In this document: piece after piece, positions 43,581 through 55,909 of the stretch | How positions within the stretch are numbered: the stretch's first letter is position 1 | Layout: the number at the start of each line of letters is the position of its first letter | Assembly: GCA_964016885.1 (NCBI GenBank) | Contig: OZ024743.1 | Location: 33,914,001 to 33,978,000, forward strand | Length of the DNA stretch: 64,000 nucleotides | Source: Eledone cirrhosa | Lineage: Eukaryota | Reading direction: 5' to 3' | Notes under the pieces: model-generated | Told to the model about the DNA's origin: nothing | The model's database searches: none | Seen by the model: only the letters and a program-made list of their open reading frames with translations | Position numbers and translations under genes: made by a program

Positions 43581-43954
43581 AGTGAAAGAGTGAAGAATAA
43601 CATTGTCAACAGTACGAAAAGGGTTTTTATTTACAGTATTAAGAATTGTTTCATTGATTAAGTTGTCTAAAAATTGCTAATCACTTGAAGTTGTGTCACT
43701 CAATTTTAAATACAATGTATGCTTAACCAAATCATGAGAAAATAAAACCCTTTTTGTACCGTTGACCATGTTATTCTTCACTCTTTCACTATTATTACTC
43801 CAAGTTTAACTTGCATAGGAATTCCCGAGAACTCGCAAACTCGCTACCTAAGGAAACCTCTTGTTGAGTTAAACAACGCCATACGTTAAAACTATCCACA
43901 ATACGGAGTATTCACAACCTCTAACTGGATTACCTATAACAAGAATTTGTTATT

Positions 43955-43958
<4 letters not shown>
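43581..43958. mobile_element. (TA)n-embedded asymmetric IR element, family C
   Basis: about 52-bp arms AGTGAAAGAGTGAAGAATAACA.. at 43581 and ..TGTTATTCTTCACTCTTTCACT ending 43790, then about 170-bp tail and (TA)n. Confidence 0.75.
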
Positions 43959-44008
<50 letters not shown>

Positions 44009-45389
44009 ATATAAGCAAGATGTATGGTAGGTCGTATGTGAATCGCGATGATCACGTCTGACCTACCAAATATGCGACGGTAGCTAGTTAAGCTCTATGC
44101 GTATAAGCAGAGCAGAAATATTGACTATCAATTGTTAATTGATTGTTTGTTAATTACGCAGGAGTATACCATTATGTCTTTGTTAATCATATGTGATGCT
44201 GTATGTGATGCTGTATGTGTGTAAAGTATCCGAGAGCGGGATATCCCTGAGCTAATTTTGCTTGATTGTTAATTGTTTATTGATTTTTTGTTAATTAGGC
44301 AGGAATATATTATTATGTCTTTGTTAATCCTGTATCAATAATTTTTATAGTAATTTTTTAATCCTGTATCAATAGTTTTATGATAATTTTGTAATAATTT
44401 TATAATAATTTTATAATAATTTTATAATAATTTTGTGATAATTTTATAATAATTTTTTGATAGTAAATTATTAGATTACTGAAGCTACCTTATACCTTCT
44501 TAAAAATACATTTTGTAATTATTGTCTTTTTGCTTATGTATTTTTTTACTTATAATTTTCTTTAATCTTGCCCAACTTGATAAGCTCTTTGAATTGCTCC
44601 CTAATTAAATTACTTAAATTACTTAAACTATTTTATCTATTATACCTAAGTTGTATCTGTTGAAGCAGCCCTTTGAAAATTCCTCGGATATCCCAAATAC
44701 CGTAATTTTTAACTTTTAATTTATAATTTTCCTCAATTCGTTTATATATATCCTTAAAGGCTCTCTAAAATTTTAATTCTTCGAAGGGTCTCTCGGAGGA
44801 GGTTCCTATTAAAAATATTAAAGGGGCCTTTTCTGAGGGGTTTATTGAAGGCTTTTTGAATTAACCTTTAATTGATTAGTTTCTTTCAACTTAGTAGGGA
44901 TTACCAAAACTTCGTAAATTTTCGAAAATTTTTTAACGAGATCTCTGGGGAAGAAAGTTTTTTTCTTTCGAAAGAAATTTTTTTCTCTCGAGGGAACTTC
45001 TTGGGAAACTTTATATCTTTATTTTTTTATTTTATTAGTCTCTTAATCTCTTCTAGTTTGTTAAGTTTATTTGGGCTTGTAAGCTTTATGCACTTATTGA
45101 GGGATTTTTTAAGGTGCTTCTACGAGATCCCAAGTCTTTTACTTTTAATGCGTAAATTATAAATTATCTAATTTTTCACCTTCAATCCCTGACTCTTAGG
45201 CCATTTTCAAATTCTCTTAACTCCCCATAACCCATCCCTTTTACAATTCCGACAACTAATATAAAAGAGCCCCCTTAGAATATAGACCCCAAATATACAA
45301 GCGGAGCTGCTGATGTATACCACAATTTCAAACTGCTAGTCTTAAGTGATACGTTGATGTAAATAATGAACTTACAATCACATGTTATA

Positions 45390-45441
45390 TGCTTTGAAAA
45401 GTCCCACCATATGGTCGGACGAAACGGCTGTCGGCAATAAA
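45390..45441 (+). ncRNA. minimal type I hammerhead ribozyme (U3-A8 variant) followed by AATAAA
   Basis: UGCU-UUGAAAA-GUCC..GGAC-GAAA-C ggcu G-UC-GGCA; layout of Penelope-like terminal repeats. Confidence 0.72.
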
Positions 45442-45483
45442 CTTGTTATAATGTCATAATAGTTCCTTTGTTCTTTTTCATTA

Positions 45484-45522
<39 letters not shown>

Positions 45523-45597
45523 GTATATATATAAACCAGGATGAAGCTGGTTTGACCATTACTCAACAGAGTACGCGATATTTGGGGTAGTAGAGTT

Positions 45598-45992
45598 AGA
45601 CCTGTCAACTCACCCCGCCCGACGGGGAGATCTCTCACCCACTTTGGGGTGGGTGACAGATGTCTTCTCTTGTGAAAATGAGTATAGCTTTCATTATGTA
45701 AAATCTCCCCGGGTGGATTGGTAGTATCGGTAGAGGGTCGGACGCCATGCTTTGACGCATAGAGTTACGGCCCTTGCCATTCTGAGTTCAAATCCCGCCG
45801 AGGTTAACTTTGCCTTTCATCCTTACGGGGTCGATAAAATAAAGTACCTGTAATGTACTGGGTCATTTCTGGCCTTGTGCCAATAGTAGAAACAATTATG
45901 TAAAATCTCCCCAGTTTGCTTAATTTCTTCCCGTTTTGGGGCCCTTTTTTCATGGTACTCCCCGTTTGGGTTTTTAGATGTTGGTAGGTCTG
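45598..45992 (+). mobile_element. hAT-like MITE interrupted by a SINE
   Basis: TIR AGACCTGTCAAC / GTTGGTAGGTCT; uninterrupted copy at 54050-54243. Confidence 0.8.
45711..45899 (+). mobile_element. Meta-core SINE nested in a MITE
   Basis: perfect 18-bp TSD ATTATGTAAAATCTCCCC at 45693-45710 and 45895-45912. Confidence 0.93.
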
Positions 45993-46004
45993 TACTTAGC
46001 TGGA

Positions 46005-46105
46005 CTAAAAATTTCCAGCTGAGTGAACTGGAACAACGTGAAATAACATGTCCGACTTAAGGACACGGCGCGACGACTGGAATAGAAATCACTGCCTTAC
46101 GATCG
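46005..46105 (-). mobile_element. CORE-type SINE fragment
   Basis: CCAGCTGAGTGAACTGGAACAACGTGAAAT..AAGGACAC. Confidence 0.65.
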
Positions 46106-47027
46106 AACAATTCTATCATTCGTTAGTTATAGCAAGTACTTGAGTTGATTCAATCTAATTTACATTTCTCTCAAAAAAATTAATGAGTATCTATGATGTT
46201 CGATTTGTTGGATGGTGTTTGATCTATTGAAAGAACGATATCAGGTACGTCCTCTCAAATTTTTGTTATTTTTGTTTGTTGATTTGTTTTCCAAATACAG
46301 CGCTACAATATTGTACCCAAGAAAACTTTCCTTTTGGCATTAATGTGTTCCAGTAAATTAGAAGAAAAAGAATTATTCAATTACAGTTACCAACAAATAA
46401 AGGATAAAAATCACAAATTAACAACATCCAGGAAGTTTCTTATGTCAACATGCGAAGATCTGAGAGAATTTTCAGAGATAAACAACAATTTAATTAAATA
46501 ATGCTTTCTCCATTTCAAAAATCCCTCTTACTCGCTCTTTTACTCTCTCTCTCTTTCATTCTTTCTCTCACACTCGCTCTTTTACTCTCTCTCTTTCTCT
46601 CTTTCTCTCTCCCTCACTCTTTTACACTCTCTCTCTTTCTCGTTTTGTCTAATTTAGACTTTAATATTTCATAGGTGTTATTTTCAGTATGAGAAACGAA
46701 GCTGAACAAAACCGTTTCAGTAAAAAGTCTAAGATAAATGTATTTATAGATTTCTCGCCAGAAATTGTTAAGGAAATGCGTTTATATTTATATCTATCTA
46801 TATTACATTTTTAAAGGGGGTGGGAGTATATTTATTTTTCCTACCTATTCGGAGAGCCAATAGTTAAATACCAACTAGCAGACTAATTATTTTCAAACCT
46901 CACTCGTACACAGCGTAGTGGAACTATGGTAAAATGTGCTGAAGGGTTTATCATAGGGTAACGTTTTATTAACAATTTATTAATGTTCTCTTTACTCGAC
47001 ACTAAATCAACTTCTGTAAGAGAATAC

Positions 47028-47109
<82 letters not shown>

Positions 47110-47115
<6 letters not shown>

Positions 47116-47310
47116 GCTGAGTGGTTAGACAATAGTGAGGTTGTGAGTTCGATTCCCGAACAAGGCGATGCGTTATGTCCTTGAACAAGACACTTTATTT
47201 CACGTTGCTCCTTCTACCTGGAGTTGCGACCGATAGATAGTATTAGCAATTGGAAAGACAAATGGAAACATTGTTTCCTGGGTCCGATTTGACGAAAGTC
47301 GATCGACTGT
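47110..47310 (+). mobile_element. CORE-type SINE, alternative-tail subfamily
   Basis: GTGGCTGAGTGG A-box, GTTCGATTCC B-box, GTCCTTGAACAAGACACTTTATTTCAC core. Confidence 0.85.
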
Positions 47311-48376
47311 CGATATATATATATGTATAAAACTTCGCTTCATTTATTTAATCAATTTAAACGCATCCGTATAGAGCTAGTAAGCCATGACCGACTAGGG
47401 AGGTATCTGATACCCCTACAAGTTAGAAGCGAAAGGAAGAGAGTGATAGGGAGAGAAAAAGAAAGAGAAATGGAGGCAAAAGAAACACAGATAAGAAAGA
47501 AAAACTGTAAAACAGGGTCAACTATAAAGCAGGTAAAGTTTCTGTTGCTGAATCCTTTCGTGGCCTCCATGTACTAAACAATCTTGTTAATGGTTGGTAG
47601 ATCTTTGACAATGTATCGTACTTCCAATCTTGTTTTTAAGGACCACCTTCAAGATTCCCCCCCCCCCCCTCTCTCTCTCTCTCCCTGACTGTTAGGTTTT
47701 ACATTGGAACAAATAATGCCATAGAGTTTCTGGGTAGTCTCCACAAGAACATGGAGATGGAGGTAATTCTATACGACCTGTTCGAGATAAAACATAGTTC
47801 AACAGTATATACTCTTTGGTTCAATAGTATATATTCTCTGTTTATTAACTTATTCAGTATCTGATACATTTTAAACGTTGACAGATCTGGCTTAGACAAT
47901 GAAGGCGTGAAATTTGAGAGCTTCTAGATTCTCCCTCCAAGTTTTTTCACCCTTGACGAATTATATATTTTTACTGAATGATTTAATTTGCGATAGACGT
48001 AAACTGTAATCTATATCTATTATTTATTTTTGTGTGTGTGTGTACTCCCTCCTTTGCTAATTCATCTGTTTTCTTACTTTCTCTAATATCTATATATCCT
48101 GGTATCCAAATCATTGTTATTTCTTTATTATTTTCTCACAGATAGTTATCTATTCTTAGCCGAATATTCGATATCTCTAACCCGACCTCTTTTTTTTTGT
48201 GTGTGTATGAAATAGTTTTAGGATTAATAAACTATCAGTAAGCATTTGTTTAGCCAAGTCTATGAATAATATAATTTCCCATAACTCTGTATCAAATATT
48301 GTGAAATGCTGGTGTAATCCGAAGCTCATATCTGTATAAATATTTTTTAAATATCAAGTAGCTCGACTCCCTCCTC

Positions 48377-48543
48377 CAGTGGTTCATAAAGTGGGTTCCG
48401 CAAAGGAGTGTCTGGAGTTCAATGAATAAAGGTAGAGGAGTATATTTATAGTACAACCATATAACAGTATTAGACTTTGGAGCTCCCCCAAAAGTTTCTG
48501 AACCAAAAAGGGTTCCGCGTTTGAAAAGGTTTGGGAAACCCTT
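48377..48543. mobile_element. hAT (Charlie-like) MITE
   Basis: inverted homologue of 22487-22655; TSD CCCTCCTC / CCCTACTC. Confidence 0.82.
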
Positions 48544-48896
48544 CCCTACTCCATTGTCTGACTGTGCCCTGTCTGTACACTAACTGTTAAACTGACACAG
48601 TTGTTAAAACAGTTTGACTGTAATATTGTTATGGTGTTATCTTGCTTTCTCTTTTGAGTTCTAATTGTTATTTTGAACGATAGTAATTGTTCTACCCATG
48701 GAAGAAGCCTATATGATGTTGTTTTCCTTTCCATTTAAACTGAGCGATCAGCAATTTACGCTTCCTAGATTCTGCTATTAACTATTAAGGAGGAGATAAC
48801 TCTGCTTCATGAAAAATAGTTATTTTAGAAGTAGATCTTGGAAAACCCAATATAATTTACCTATTTGAGTATGAAGCTCCTTCTACATCTAGTTAG

Positions 48897-49500
48897 ATCA
48901 AGCGGGTTGACAATTGACCATGTGAGAAACAACCCTCTTCTAGATGGAGACCGACAACCTTCAGGGTTTTACATTGGAACTTGTTAATGGTCATTACATA
49001 ACTGATACTCACTGGGAATTGCAAATCGTTTGAAACGAAAGGGGACATTTGTTGGTATTAGCGATATTCTAGGTGTAAATACGATGTCTCCCTTACCATA
49101 CCCAGTGAAGATTTTGGCTTCAATAATGTGAGGCTGTAGCTCAGCCACAACCATTGCACAGTCATGGTTGATCCAAGTTTCTGAGAAGCATGATGACAGT
49201 GCCATTCTTCAATTAAAGGTTGTGTGGAAACATACTCAACGGTTCCAGACTATTGAGAAATCAACGAGATAATGAACAGCTTCGTCCTCGTCGACAACTT
49301 TGTCGATAGATTTATAGGTATGGCTACCTCCAGCAATTATTTGTGAGAGATTTCTGTTTACTGTGGTGTTCTGGAGGGGGGGGGGGGATTACTCTTTCAC
49401 ACAGCCACTCCTCGTTAGAATGGTGGATTTCGAAATTGGGGATCACTTGATTAATTAAGTTTACAACGCTTTCTACAACAGTAGAAAATGATGAAGGATC
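48897..49500 (-). pseudogene. decayed Helitron RepHel PIF1-type helicase C-terminal region
   Basis: frameshifted translation WLCERVI..TYKSIDKVVDEDEAVHY..NSLEP..PHNL*LKNGTVIMLLRNLD..HIIEAKIFTGYGKGDIVFTPRISLIP..PFRFKR..MTINKFQCKTLKVVGLHLEEGCFSHGQL. Confidence 0.9.
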
Positions 49501-49527
49501 AAAACAACCTTCAGTATCAAGGGATTG

Positions 49528-49800
49528 CTTTTCTATAAATTTAAACGGCTGAGGGATACTTATCTGTAACTCCGAGGTCCACCCTCACCCCGCCTCTATT
49601 CAGTTTTCAAGAAAAAAAGGCGATTGCTAGCATGTCGGAGATTACATTAGTTGAAACACTCGGAAAAACATAGGAAAAGAAATTTCTCTGCGATCCCCAA
49701 CAAATGTTTTTCTATGAATTTAAAAGGTTGAGAGGGGCTTATATATAACCCCGAGGGTTCACCTCCCTCCCTGCCTCCGTTTTCGGAAAAAGGAAACGCT
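49528..49800. repeat. two diverged direct repeats about 180 bp apart, next to the helicase relic
   Basis: TTTCTATAAATTTAAACGGCTGAG..CCGAGG..CACC recurs at about 49530 and 49710. Confidence 0.6.
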
Positions 49801-49881
49801 GGTGAGTGAGTCAGAATAACAACAACAGCAACAATGATCTGTCATTATAGTGAAAGTTTGTAAAATATGTGTTGCATTGTT

Positions 49882-49938
<57 letters not shown>

Positions 49939-50394
49939 AATATACATGCATATATACATATATATTAAGCACCCCCCCCCCCCACACACATATATATATG
50001 TAACCACATATATATGTAACCATACACACACTCATAAAACACATACACACACACACACACACATACATATCCAGTTGGATTCTTCAACCAAGAAATTCCC
50101 TATTTCATCTATAACATATTACCTGCGATATCTGGGGGAGAATACCAAATATGTCGTAAAAAGTTTGGTATTGTACGCATATCTTTTCGATAATGAAGCA
50201 TCCGAAAATCGCGAAGGTAATACATGCTAATTTAGAAGACGAAAGTATCCATCACCTAACCAAGGCAAAGAGCCGTTTGTAACGAATAGTTTTACCCTTG
50301 TAGAAAGAGTCAGATTCCAGGAAGTTTACAAATGCTTTCAAAGCTCATTAAAAAGGAATTTGGCATATTTACGCAATTCTAAGAAAATACATGA

Positions 50395-50470
<76 letters not shown>

Positions 50471-50563
50471 CATACATACTATATAGTTAATAAATGAAAC
50501 ACAAAACAGAGAAGGCAGTTTTACACAGTTATATCAGGTTCACGCTTGGTGGAAGTGGAGGAG

Positions 50564-50613
<50 letters not shown>

Positions 50614-50731
50614 CATATATATATATTAATGTGTACGCTAAGTATGTTAAGCATACTAAGTATATGATAAAGTTATATCTGCATATATTTAAGATGAAAG
50701 TAACCGAGATTGCGTCAATATTTATATAAAT

Positions 50732-50946
50732 TCACACATTTTTAGTATAGACATGTAAACATGCCATATTCGTATTTGATAAATACCTGTATCGTTTTTT
50801 TTTTCAGTTTACAGGGAAATACGTTTTCAGCATATTTATGTAAATTTAAAAAAATGATACAGATAATTTATTATTTTATTATTTTTTTTTAATTTACAGG
50901 GAAATACGAATTTGGCATGATACATTTCTATATACTAAATATGTGA
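50732..50946. mobile_element. degenerate inverted-repeat element
   Basis: TCACACATTTTTAGTATAGACATGTAAACATGCCATATTCGTATTT pairs imperfectly with AAATACGAATTTGGCATGATACATTTCTATATACTAAATATGTGA. Confidence 0.55.
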
Positions 50947-50949
50947 TAG

Positions 50950-52740
50950 AATGGCCTAGCTGATTGGAGCGGTTTTGGAAAACTGGTCTAAGCTGGCCTG
51001 AACTGGCTGGACCAACCTAATTGAACCGAACATACTGAGCCGACAAGACTGAGCAGACTAGTCTAGGGTGACTATATTGAGCCAACTTCACCAGGTTGAT
51101 ATGGCAGGGTTGACAAGGCTGGGCCCAATTGTCTAGGCAGACATGGTTGTTCCCACATGCTTAAGCCAATATGGCTGGGACGTTCGGCTGATCTGACTGA
51201 GCGAGCTAGACTGATCATGTATGGCTGACCGGTCTACGACGACTATGTTGAGCCGAGGTTACCTTGCCGACATGGTAGGTCCGAGATGGCTGAGCCAACA
51301 TCACTGGACCGACCTGGAGGGGCATACGTTGCCTGGTGAAATGGCTCGGCTGACTTGTTGTCCGATGTTCGTAAAATGACATGGCTGGGTCGTTCTGTCT
51401 AGACTAACTTGGCTGGGCCGGTATTGCTGAGTCGTCAAGGCCGGGCTTTCGAACTTGGGCACACCTGCTTTTGCCGACCTCGCTGATCTCGCATGGTTAA
51501 GCCAATATGGCCTGGAGTATTTGTGTGGACTGACTAGGCTAGGTTGACCTAGCAATGAAAACATGGTTAAACCGTTCTGGCTGGGATAACTTGCTTTGTC
51601 CGACATGCATAAATGACCTATTTGGGTCGAGCTGTCTTGGCTGACTGGGCATAGAGTACCAGTCTATGACGAATATGCTAGGCCAACCTATCTAGCCTGG
51701 TCGACCTTGATAGATCTACCGGCCATGGTAAACCGGTATTAGCTGGCCCGATATAGCTTGAGCGGCTTACTGGGTAAATCTTGCTAGACCGACAATGCTG
51801 GGCTGATCTTGTTGGGCTGATCTGGCTGGGCTGATCTGGCTGGGCTGATCTGACTGGGCTGATCTGACTGGGCTGATTTGACTGGGCTGATCTGGCTGGG
51901 CTGATTGGTTGGGCTGATCTGGCTGGGCTGATCTGACTGGGCTGATCTGACTGGGCTGATTTGACTGGGCTGATCTGGCTGGGCTGATTGGTTGGGCTGA
52001 TCTGGCTGGGCTGATCTGGCTGGGCTGATCTGGCTGGGCTTATTTGACTGGGCTGATCTGGCTGGGCTGATTAGTTGGGCTGATCTGGCTGGGCTGATCT
52101 GGCTGGGCTGATCTGGCTGGGCTGATCTGGCTGGGCTGATCTGGCTGGGCTGATCTGACTGGGCTGATCTGACTGGGCTGATTTGACTGGGCTGATCTGG
52201 CTGGGCTGATTGGTTGGGCTGATCTGGCTGGGCTGATCTGGCTGGGCTGATCTGGCTGGGCTTATTTGACTGGGCTGATCTGGCTGGGCTGATTGGTTGG
52301 GCTGATCTGGCTGGGCTGATCTGGCTGGGCTGATCTGGCTGGGCTGATCTGGCTGGGCTGATCTGGCTGGGCTGATCTGGCTGGGCTGATCTGACTAGAC
52401 CGATTGGGCTAGACAGACCGGGCTTTGCCGACCGGTCTAAGACGACTATGCTAGGCCGACCTCACCTTGCCTATATGGCTGGCTCCACCTGGCTAAGCTG
52501 ACCCGACTTGGCTCACCTGAAGTCCAACATAGCTGATCACACATGGAGAAGCCGATATGACTGTGATGATCTGGTCGACATAGCAGGTCCAACATATGAG
52601 GCAAGCGGGATAGACCGACATAGCTTGGCAGACATGGCTGGACTGACTTGTTCCGTCCGACCTGGACATGAACTGGTTTGACCAACCGGGCTTGGACGAT
52701 TGTCTAGAACGACAATACTGGATCCACTTTGAATAACATG
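50950..52740. repeat. GC-rich satellite: homogeneous 14-bp core (CTGGGCTGATCTGG)n at 51797-52395 with diverged flanks
   Basis: about 43 units; flanks keep GGCTGA and GCCGAC-like words. Confidence 0.92.
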
Positions 52741-53046
52741 CCACAGTGAGAGTGAACCTGGGATATCATAATTGTGGGGTGAACTCAGCCATTCGGAGTA
52801 CACAATATTTATTTTTAATCTTATGATATTCTTAGTGTTACGTATTTCAGTTAGATCAGAGGCTCTCAAACGTTTGGGGCCACCTCTCCCCTCACGACCA
52901 CATAATATTCTCAGCGCTGCCCCACTAATACTATTTCCAGAGAGACCTGCCTAAACACAAATTGTAAAAATATATAATAAATAAAATCGTTAATTTATAT
53001 ATAATAAATAAAATCGTTAATTTATATATAATAAATAATATAATAT

Positions 53047-53098
53047 ATAATGCACTGGGATAATTGCTGGCCTTGTGCCAAAAGTAGAAATAATTATT
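53047..53098 (+). mobile_element. Meta-core SINE extreme 3' tail
   Basis: ATGCACTGGGATAATTGCTGGCCTTGTGCCAAAAGTAGAAA. Confidence 0.8.
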
Positions 53099-53370
53099 AG
53101 TTGGCTCAATGAAGGCTATTCAAGGCTAACCAGTAAAAAGAAAACTATCTAATATTTGAGTAGAAATGTATGATTGATAATACGGGGATTATCCCCAAAC
53201 TAAGGTTACTGGTGTTTTATTTAAATATATATTAGATATACATGAAATTACAAATTATCTCCTTCAAAATACGACCCCTGGGAAGTCACACAGTGGTTAC
53301 AACCTTTTTTCCCATTAACATAGCTATTTCCAGTAGCCGGTGAAAAAGCCAGACAGCTGTATTTTTCCTT

Positions 53371-53805
53371 CAGCGGCATGAACCCCCCCCCCCCCCCCCC
53401 CATATTTATAGTTTTCTCCCCAAACTACCAAAACACCCATCTATTTGTTTATGCGCTACAATTTATGTACATGTTATGTTTATCGCATATCGAATTTTTT
53501 TTTAATATCTTGGTTGATATTTGATAATATATTATGTTAACCTTCATAGTAAATTTGTTTGTCACGTGTCATAACTTTTTCTCCACACATCACTGTTTGC
53601 TAATTGCTAGTATGTGTATTCAGAGACAGATTTCATTGGTAATTTTGCTATAATCACTTTATAATTATTGAAAGCTGTAATATGACCTGCATGGACTTAA
53701 ATTGTATTTTCTGACCATTTTAGAGTGCAAAGAGCTAAACTAATCACTACAACTAAATTGAGCAAATTTGATCCTCCCAATTCAGAAATGCTTCCATCGC
53801 CCCTG
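53371..53805. mobile_element. hAT-like MITE
   Basis: inverted homologue of 39528-39780; ends CCCAATTCAGAAATGCTTCCATCGCCCCTG. Confidence 0.75.
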
Positions 53806-53892
53806 ATCGGTGAGACGAAAATAGGCTAAAGACTAATTGCTTACAGTGCGGACTTCACTGGCTGGAATTAATAATGTTTGTTTGTGCTATAG

Positions 53893-53961
<69 letters not shown>

Positions 53962-54049
53962 TATATATATATATAAACCAGGATGAAATCAGTTTGAAGC
54001 TGGTTTGACTGTTACTCAACAGAGTACTCGATATTTGGGGTAGTAGAGT

Positions 54050-54243
54050 TAGACCTGTCAACTTACCCCGTCCGACGGGGAGATCTCCCATCCACTTTAC
54101 GGTAGGTGAGAGCTGTCTTCTCTTGTGAAAATGGGTATAGCTTTCATTATGTAAAATCTCCCAATTTTGTCTAATTCTCCCCATTTTGGGGAACTTTTTT
54201 TCATGGTACTCCCCATTTGTGTTTTTAGAGGTTGGCAGGTCTG
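54050..54243 (+). mobile_element. hAT-like MITE (CAGACCTG TIR family)
   Basis: TIR AGACCTGTCAAC / GTTGGCAGGTCT. Confidence 0.8.
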
Positions 54244-54695
54244 TAGAGTGTTGTTATATTATGAAGAGTCGAGACACGACGACTGAGCTCATGCCGTTTC
54301 AACAGCTATATATATATATATATAATTCTCACAGCAGGTTTCTGTCACTATATAGACTTTTATCTGATAATGATTTATTTGTATCTGTCACACTTACTCT
54401 CACATTTCTTAACGAATTCGTTCCTTCTCTCTCACTATTTAATATTCAACATCGTCTTTCTCTCTCTCACTTTCTCCGCCTTGGAATTTATTGATCACTT
54501 TCATAATTTTTTTTTTTTTTAGTTAGAAAGCGTAACGCAGCGTTTTTCTATCTATTTCTGTGAACACTATATTTTCTCGTCTTTTCACTCTTGTTTACTT
54601 CTATGTCTTATTTTACTCCATCTGAGTGCAGACTATGTAATATAGACCTTTTTAATTCGTTTCTTCGGAGTGAGGAGGGTTAAAACAATATTTAA

Positions 54696-54916
54696 CCCTT
54701 TAGCATTTGCATTACTTTATAGTTGCTATTGTATTTTCACAGTAAAGGCTTTATCTTACATAATTATCTCACATAATATCGAGTCTATGAGATTTTGATA
54801 TTATTTATTTTGAGAAGAATACCTTAACATCAGTATGAATGGCCGGTTACAGACAGTTTGAACAGAAAGAGGTGAGAGAATTCTGGCCGGATACGGCCGG
54901 TTTAAATGCTAAACGG
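54696..54916. mobile_element. piggyBac-like MITE
   Basis: TTAA|CCCTTTAGCATTT ... AAATGCTAAACGG|TTAA. Confidence 0.8.
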
Positions 54917-55025
54917 TTAAACCTAGCGGAGAACAAAGAAAAAACACCCCAAAACAAATATATCTCCCTTACTCTCCATATCATGTTACCACAGTATGAT
55001 AAAATAATAGTCGATCACTATAGAT

Positions 55026-55308
55026 CAGTGGTCACCAATTGTTTTTACTCATAGCCACGCATTGTGGAAAAAAATAAAAGTATGCTGGCGCACTTAAGAA
55101 TAAACTGAACGCACAAACCACCTCTCATTCTTAACAGATTGTGCTATTTTTCACAAATCTTGTTACTAATCTTTACTTGTTTGCCTGACAGCTACGTGTA
55201 TATATGAATATTCATACGAATTTGAGTTTGTATTTTTCGCACCTTAAAACTTAATTTTGTCGTTTGCGACGTATCAGTGCGCTACCGTGCACGGGTTGGG
55301 AACCACTG
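55026..55308. mobile_element. hAT (Charlie-like) MITE
   Basis: TIR CAGTGGTCACCAA / TTGGGAACCACTG; TSD CTATAGAT / CAATAGAT. Confidence 0.82.
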
Positions 55309-55720
55309 CAATAGATAATATAAATAGTAATTGAGTAATTCGAGTAAAGTGCCCCAGTAGACGGAGAATATGGATAGAGGGGTCTGCGAGAAATCAAATA
55401 TCTTACCTCTCAGATGCTGGGTTTTTGCCTTAAGCACTTCATTAAAGAGTCGTTAGCTACCAATTCTGTCTTTTTAGATTGTAAATATGTAGCTAGAAGT
55501 GAAAACAAAGCGGCTGATGTAGGAAGCAATGAGAACAATTTGAAATGTGCGCGTCCCAACGATTCTTCACATGCTCCTCTTGAAGCGAAAGAAATGTTTT
55601 CCCACTGTGTTTTCTTTTCCCTTTCGGACACGGCTACCAAGTAAGTGACCCTCGATTTGTAGCATCAATACGAAGGTGAACATATTCTTGGGCCAAATGT
55701 TATCTATAAGTAAAACAACT

Positions 55721-55909
55721 AGCGGTCATTGGCAGTATCGGTAGAGGGTCGGACGCCATGCTTTGCAGCAAAGAGTTACGGCCCTTTATGGTCTGAGTAC
55801 AAATCCCGCTGAGGTTCACTTTGCCTTTCATCATTACGGAGTCGATAAAATAAAGTACCAGTAATACACTGGGATAATTGCTGGCTTTGTGCCAAAAGTA
55901 GAAACAATT
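55721..55909 (+). mobile_element. Meta-core SINE, short-tail subfamily
   Basis: near full-length match to the family. Confidence 0.9.

Noticed and set aside
51797-52395. CRISPR-like or coding repeat array
   Set aside because: Contiguous 14-bp units with no unique spacers; the period is not a multiple of 3.
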